From contig OZ024743.1 of NCBI GenBank assembly GCA_964016885.1, positions 233,616,001-233,680,000 of the forward strand: a DNA stretch of 64,000 bases. Reading direction: 5' to 3'. The position numbers were made by a program, and so were the translations under genes. The notes under the pieces are model-generated. The model saw only the letters and a program-made list of their open reading frames with translations, made no database searches and had not been told where the DNA came from. Source of the DNA: Eledone cirrhosa. Its lineage: Eukaryota. Shown here in pieces: positions 57,901-64,000 of the stretch (the stretch's first letter is position 1; each line of letters begins with the position of its first letter).

Positions 57901-58566
57901 TTAAGGAGATATCTTGCTGAAATTCACGCCACACATAGCCAATGAGTGTCTGCACATGTATCAGTAATTACAGATCGATCCGACCACGGGCGGCCGGCCC
58001 GCGATTGAAAAGGTAACTCCGCCGGCAAATCGTCATTTTTGGATTCGTTTTCTTCGAAGCACACCATTCGCCGGCGGACTTTGTTGACGTTTAACACGGT
58101 TTGGTTCCACAGCCACAACTATTGATTTTACGGAGATATCTTGCTGAAATTCACGCCACACATAGCCAATGAGTGTCTGCACATGTACAAGTAATTACAG
58201 ATCGATCCGACCACGGGCGGCCGGCCCGCGATTGAAAAGGTAACTCCGCCGGCAAATCGTCATTTTTGGATTCGTTTTCTTCGAAGCACACCATTCGCCG
58301 GCGGACTTTGTTGACGTTTAACACGGTTTGGTTCCACAGCCACAACTATTGATTTTACGGAGATATCTTGCTGAAATTCACGCCACACATAGCCAATGAG
58401 TGTCTGCACATGTACCAGTAATTACAGATCGATCCGACCACGGGCGGCCGGCCCGCGATTGAAAAGGTAACTCCGCCGGCAAATCGTCATTTTTGGATTC
58501 GTTTTCTTCGAAGCACACCATTCGCCGGCTGACTTTGTTGACGTTTAACACGGTTTGGTTCCACAG
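53573..58566 (+). repeat. 11-monomer (2497-bp) tandem duplication: 53573-56069 and 56070-58566
   Basis: Monomer order matches for ORFs 53611-55881 versus 56108-58378, including the uncommon p19A+p72T+p76T monomer (ORFs 55427 and 57924). The last monomer differs at p191. Confidence 0.82.
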
Positions 58567-60382
58567 CCACAACTATTGATTTTACGGAGATATCTTGCTG
58601 AAATTCACGCCACACATAGCCAATGAGTGTCTGCACATGTACCAGTAATTACAGATCGATCCGACCACGGGCGGTCGGTTTGCGATTGAAAAGGTAACTC
58701 CGCCGGCAAATCGTCATTTTTGGATTCGTTTTCTTCGAAGCACACCATTCGCCGGCGGACTTTGTTGACGTTTAACACGGTTTGGTTCCACAGCCACAAC
58801 TATTGATTTTACGGAGATATCTTGCTGAAATTCACGCCACACATAGCCAATGAGTGTCTGCACATGTATCAGTAATTACAGATCGATCCGACCACGGGCG
58901 GCCGGCCCGCGATTGAAAAGGTAACTCCGCCGGCAAATCGTCATTTTTGGATTCGTTTTCTTCGAAGCACACCATTCGCCGGCGGACTTTGTTGACGTTT
59001 AACACGGTTTGGTTCCACAGCCACAACTATTGATTTTACGGAGATATCTTGCTGAAATTCACGCCACACATAGCCAATGAGTGTCTGCACATGTACAAGT
59101 AATTACAGATCGATCCGACCACGGGCGGCCGGCCCGCGATTGAAAAGGTAACTCCGCCGGCAAATCGTCATTTTTGGATTCGTTTTCTTCGAAGCACACC
59201 ATTCGCCGGCGGACTTTGTTGACGTTTAACACGGTTTGGTTCCACAGCCACAACTATTGATTTTACGGAGATATCTTGCTGAAATTCACGCCACACATAG
59301 CCAATGAGTGTCTGCACATGTACCAGTAATTACAGATCGATCCGACCACGGGCGGCCGGCCCGCGATTGAAAAGGTAACTCCGCCGGCAAATCGTCATTT
59401 TTGGATTCGTTTTCTTCGAAGCACACCATTCGCCGGCGGACTTTGTTGACGTTTAACACGGTTTGGTTCCACAGCCACAACTATTGATTTTACGGAGATA
59501 TCTTGCTGAAATTCACGCCACACATAGCCAATGAGTGTCCGCACATGTACCAGTAATTACAGATCGATCCGACCACGGGCGGTCGGTTTGCGATTGAAAA
59601 GGTAACTCCGCCGGCAAATCGTCATTTTTGGATTCGTTTTCTTCGAAGCACACCATTCGCCGGCTGACTTTGTTGACGTTTAACACGGTTTGGTTCCACA
59701 GCCACAACTATTGATTTTAAGGAGATATCTTGCTGAAATTCACGCCACACATAGCCAATGAGTGTCTGCACATGTATCAGTAATTACAGATCGATCCGAC
59801 CACGGGCGGCCGGCCCGCGATTGAAAAGGTAACTCCGCCGGCAAATCGTCATTTTTGGATTCGTTTTCTTCGAAGCACACCATTCGCCGGCGGATTTTGT
59901 TGACGTTTAACACGGTTTGGTTCCACAGCCACAACTATTGATTTTACGGAGATATCTTGCTGAAATTCACGCCACACATAGCCAATGAGTGTCTGCACAT
60001 GTACAAGTAATTACAGATCGATCCGACCACGGGCGGCCGGCCCGCGATTGAAAAGGTAACTCCGCCGGCAAATCGTCATTTTTGGATTCGTTTTCTTCGA
60101 AGCACACCATTCGCCGGCGGACTTTGTTGACGTTTAACACGGTTTGGTTCCACAGCCACAACTATTGATTTTACGGAGATATCTTGCTGAAATTCACGCC
60201 ACACATAGCCAATGAGTGTCTGCACATGTACCAGTAATTACAGATCGATCCGACCACGGGCGGCCGGCCCGCGATTGAAAAGGTAACTCCGCCGGCAAAT
60301 CGTCATTTTTGGATTCGTTTTCTTCGAAGCACACCATTCGCCGGCGGACTTTGTTGACGTTTATCACGGTTTGGTTCCACAG
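56751..60382 (+). repeat. 8-monomer (1816-bp) tandem duplication: 56751-58566 and 58567-60382
   Basis: Monomer order matches for ORFs 56789-58378 versus 58605-60194. The exceptions are two singleton substitutions (59895, 60364) and p191 of the junction monomer. Confidence 0.78.
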
Positions 60383-63300
60383 CCACAACTATTGATTTTA
60401 CGGAGATATCTTGCTGAAATTCACGCCACACATAGCCAATGAGTCTCTGCACATGTACCATTAATTACAGATCGATCCGACCACGGGCGGTCGGTTTGCG
60501 ATTGAAAAGGTAACTCCGCCGGCAAATCGTCATTTTTGGATTCGTTTTCTTCGAAGCACACCATTCGCCGGCTGACTTTGTTGACGTTTAACACGGTTTG
60601 GTTCCACAGCCACAACTATTGATTTTAAGGAGATATCTTGCTGAAATTCACGCCACACATAGCCAATGAGTGTCTGCACAGGTACCAGTAATTACAGATC
60701 GATCCGACCACGGGCGGCCGGCCCGCGATTGAAAAGGTAACTCCGCCGGCAAATCGTCATTTTTGGATTCGTTTTCTTCGAAGCACACCATTCGCCGGCG
60801 GACTTTGTTGACGTTTAACACGGTTTGGTTCCACAGCCACAACTATTGATTTTACGGAGATATCTTGCTGAAATTCACGCCACACATAGCCAATGAGTGT
60901 CTGCACATGTACCAGTAATTACAGATCGATCCGACCACGGGCGGCCGGCCCGCGATTGAAAAGGTAACTCCGCCGGCAAATCGTCATTTTTGGATTCGTT
61001 TTCTTCGAAGCACACCATTCGCCGGCGGACTTTGTTGACGTTTAACACGGTTTGGTTCCACAGCCACAACTATTGATTTTACGGAGATATCTTGCTGAAA
61101 TTCACGCCACACATAGCCAATGAGTGTCTGCACATGTACCAGTAATTACAGATCGATCCGACCACGGGCGGTCGGTTTGCGATTGAAAAGGTAACTCCGC
61201 CGGCAAATCGTCATTTTTGGATTCGTTTTCTTCGAAGCACACCATTCGCCAGCTGACTTTGTTGACGTTTAACACGGTTTGGTTCCACAGCCACAACTAT
61301 TGATTTTAAGGAGATATCTTGCTGAAATTCACGCCACACATAGCCAATGAGTGTCTGCACAGGTACCAGTAATTACAGATCGATCCGACCACGGGCGGCC
61401 GGTTTGCGATTGAAAAGGTAACTCCGCCGGCAAATCGTCATTTTTGGATTCGTTTTCTTCGAAGCACACCATTCGCCGGCTGACTTTGTTGACGTTTAAC
61501 ACGGTTTGGTTCCACAGCCACAACTATTGATTTTAAGGAGATATCTTGCTGAAATTCACGCCACACATAGCCAATGAGTGTCTGCACAGGTACCAGTAAT
61601 TACAGATCGATCCGACCACGGGCGGCCGGCCCGCGATTGAAAAGGTAACTCCGCCGGCAAATCGTCATTTTTGGATTCGTTTTCTTCGAAGCACACCATT
61701 CGCCGGCGGACTTTGTTGACGTTTAACACGGTTTGGTTCCACAGCCACAACTATTGATTTTACGGAGATATCTTGCTGAAATTCACGCCACACATAGCCA
61801 ATGAGTGTCTGCACATGTACCAGTAATTACAGATCGATCCGACCACGGGCGGTCGGTTTGCGATTGAAAAGGTAACTCCGCCGGCAAATCGTCATTTTTG
61901 GATTCGTTTTCTTCGAAGCACACCATTCGCCGGCTGACTTTGTTGACGTTTAACACGGTTTGGTTCCACAGCCACAACTATTGATTTTACGGAGATATCT
62001 TGCTGAAATTCACGCCACACATAGCCAATGAGTGTCTGCACATGTACCAGTAATTACAGATCGATCCGACCACGGGCGGTCGGTTTGCGATTGAAAAGGT
62101 AACTCCGCCGGCAAATCGTCATTTTTGGATTCGTTTTCTTCGAAGCACACCATTCGCCGGCGGACTTTGTTGACGTTTAACACGGTTTGGTTCCACAGCC
62201 ACAACTATTGATTTTACGGAGATATCTTGCTGAAATTCACGCCACACATAGCCAATGAGTGTCTGCACATGTATCAGTAATTACAGATCGATCCGACCAC
62301 GGGCGGCCGGCCCGCGATTGAAAAGGTAACTCCGCCGGCAAATCGTCATTTTTGGATTCGTTTTCTTCGAAGCACACCATTCGCCGGCGGACTTTGTTGA
62401 CGTTTAACACGGTTTGGTTCCACAGCCACAACTATTGATTTTACGGAGATATCTTGCTGAAATTCACGCCACACATAGCCAATGAGTGTCTGCACATGTA
62501 CCAGTAATTACAGATCGATCCGACCACGGGCGGCCGGTTTGCGATTGAAAAGGTAACTCCGCCGGCAAATCGTCATTTTTGGATTCGTTTTCTTCGAAGC
62601 ACACCATTCGCCGGCGGACTTTGTTGACGTTTAACACGGTTTGGTTCCACAGCCACAACTATTGATTTTACGGAGATATCTTGCTGAAATTCACGCCACA
62701 CATAGCCAATGAGTGTCTGCACATGTACCAGTAATTACAGATCGATCCGACCACGGGCGGCCGGTTTGCGATTGAAAAGGTAACTCCGCCGGCAAATCGT
62801 CATTTTTGGATTCGTTTTCTTCGAAGCACACCATTCGCCGGCGGACTTTGTTGACGTTTAACACGGTTTGGTTCCACAGCCACAACTATTGATTTTACGG
62901 AGATATCTTGCTGAAATTCACGCCACACATAGCCAATGAGTGTCTGCACATGTACCAGTAATTACAGATCGATCCGACCACGGGCGGTCGGTTTGCGATT
63001 GAAAAGGTAACTCCGCCGGCAAATCGTCATTTTTGGATTCGTTTTCTTCGAAGCACACCATTCGCCAGCTGACTTTGTTGACGTTTAACACGGTTTGGTT
63101 CCACAGCCACAACTATTGATTTTAAGGAGATATCTTGCTGAAATTCACGCCACACATAGCCAATGAGTGTCTGCACAGGTACCAGTAATTACAGATCGAT
63201 CCGACCACGGGCGGCCGGTTTGCGATTGAAAAGGTAACTCCGCCGGCAAATCGTCATTTTTGGATTCGTTTTCTTCGAAGCACACCATTCGCCGGCGGAC

Positions 63301-64000
63301 TTTGTTGACGTTTAACACGGTTTGGTTCCACAGCCACAACTATTGATTTTACGGAGATATCTTGCTGAAATTCACGCCACACATAGCCAATGAGTGTCTG
63401 CACATGTACCAGTAATTACAGATCGATCCGACCACGGGCGGTCGGTTTGCGATTGAAAAGGTAACTCCGCCGGCAAATCGTCATTTTTGGATTCGTTTTC
63501 TTCGAAGCACACCATTCGCCAGCTGACTTTGTTGACGTTTAACACGGTTTGGTTCCACAGCCACAACTATTGATTTTAAGGAGATATCTTGCTGAAATTC
63601 ACGCCACACATAGCCAATGAGTGTCTGCACAGGTACCAGTAATTACAGATCGATCCGACCACGGGCGGCCGGTTTGCGATTGAAAAGGTAACTCCGCCGG
63701 CAAATCGTCATTTTTGGATTCGTTTTCTTCGAAGCACACCATTCGCCGGCTGACTTTGTTGACGTTTAACACGGTTTGGTTCCACAGCCACAACTATTGA
63801 TTTTAAGGAGATATCTTGCTGAAATTCACGCCACACATAGCCAATGAGTGTCTGCACAGGTACCAGTAATTACAGATCGATCCGACCACGGGCGGCCGGC
63901 CCGCGATTGAAAAGGTAACTCCGCCGGCAAATCGTCATTTTTGGATTCGTTTTCTTCGAAGCACACCATTCGCCAGCTGACTTTGTTGACGTTTAACACG

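Larger units (their letters stand above)
1..64000. repeat. Satellite DNA: tandem array of a 227-bp monomer, 281 full copies plus one 213-bp partial copy, extending beyond both window edges
   Basis: Seen directly: the unit CCACAACTATTGATTTTA(A/C)GGAGATATC...GGTTTGGTTCCACAG recurs throughout. All 281 ORF-track entries are spaced exactly 227 bp apart (39, 266, 493 ... 63599) on the same strand, and 281x227=63787. Calling it satellite DNA is an inference from unit size, copy number and homogeneity. Confidence 0.98.

Noticed and set aside
39-63793. 281 intact 64-aa minus-strand ORFs (MWLWNQTV...HWLCVA) as a multicopy or diversifying peptide gene array
   Set aside because: The start is TTG, only 32 bp separate copies, and no domain is recognisable. 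Variants are about 6 silent versus about 15 amino-acid-changing, many radical (G>D, R>W, W>S), close to the neutral expectation. The lack of stops among so few distinct mutations is unremarkable. Ribo-seq or proteomics could overturn this.
1-64000. CRISPR array or other repeat-spacer system
   Set aside because: There are no unique spacers. The entire 227 bp is repeated, and no cas or other genes are present.
1-64000. Rolling-circle or sequencing concatemer artefact, or a synthetic construct
   Set aside because: Copying one 227-bp circle would give identical units with random errors. Here variants form linked haplotypes inherited through nested duplications with no indels, as expected of a natural evolving array. 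Local misassembly remains possible.
1-64000. Monomer variant order as an information-bearing code or programmed diversification
   Set aside because: The order is adequately explained by block duplication and recombination among a few haplotypes. No recombinase, reverse transcriptase or template region is present.

Overview
The whole 64 kb window is one uninterrupted head-to-tail tandem array of a 227-bp monomer: 281 full copies plus a 213-bp partial copy, running off both ends. Hand counts on monomer 1 give about 49% GC and 18 CpG. Every copy is in the same orientation and exactly 227 bp apart, so there are no net indels, insertions or inversions. Copies differ only by substitutions at about 24 monomer positions. 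This looks like a young, highly homogenised satellite DNA, most plausibly eukaryotic centromeric or heterochromatic; I cannot assign the family or organism. The 281 minus-strand 64-aa ORFs are a by-product of the repeat and are not called as genes. No gene, mobile element, CRISPR array or recognisable RNA gene was found, and I found no supportable novel gene system. The real structure lies in the order of monomer variants, which records nested block duplications at offsets of 2, 5, 6-7, 8, 10, 11, 29 and 32 monomers, including an apparently perfect 7264-bp tandem duplication. The monomer is also rich in dyad symmetry and carries a speculative splice-donor plus Sm-site-like motif pair. Notation: monomer n starts at 227*(n-1)+1, and pN is position N within a monomer. 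All variant calls were made by eye.
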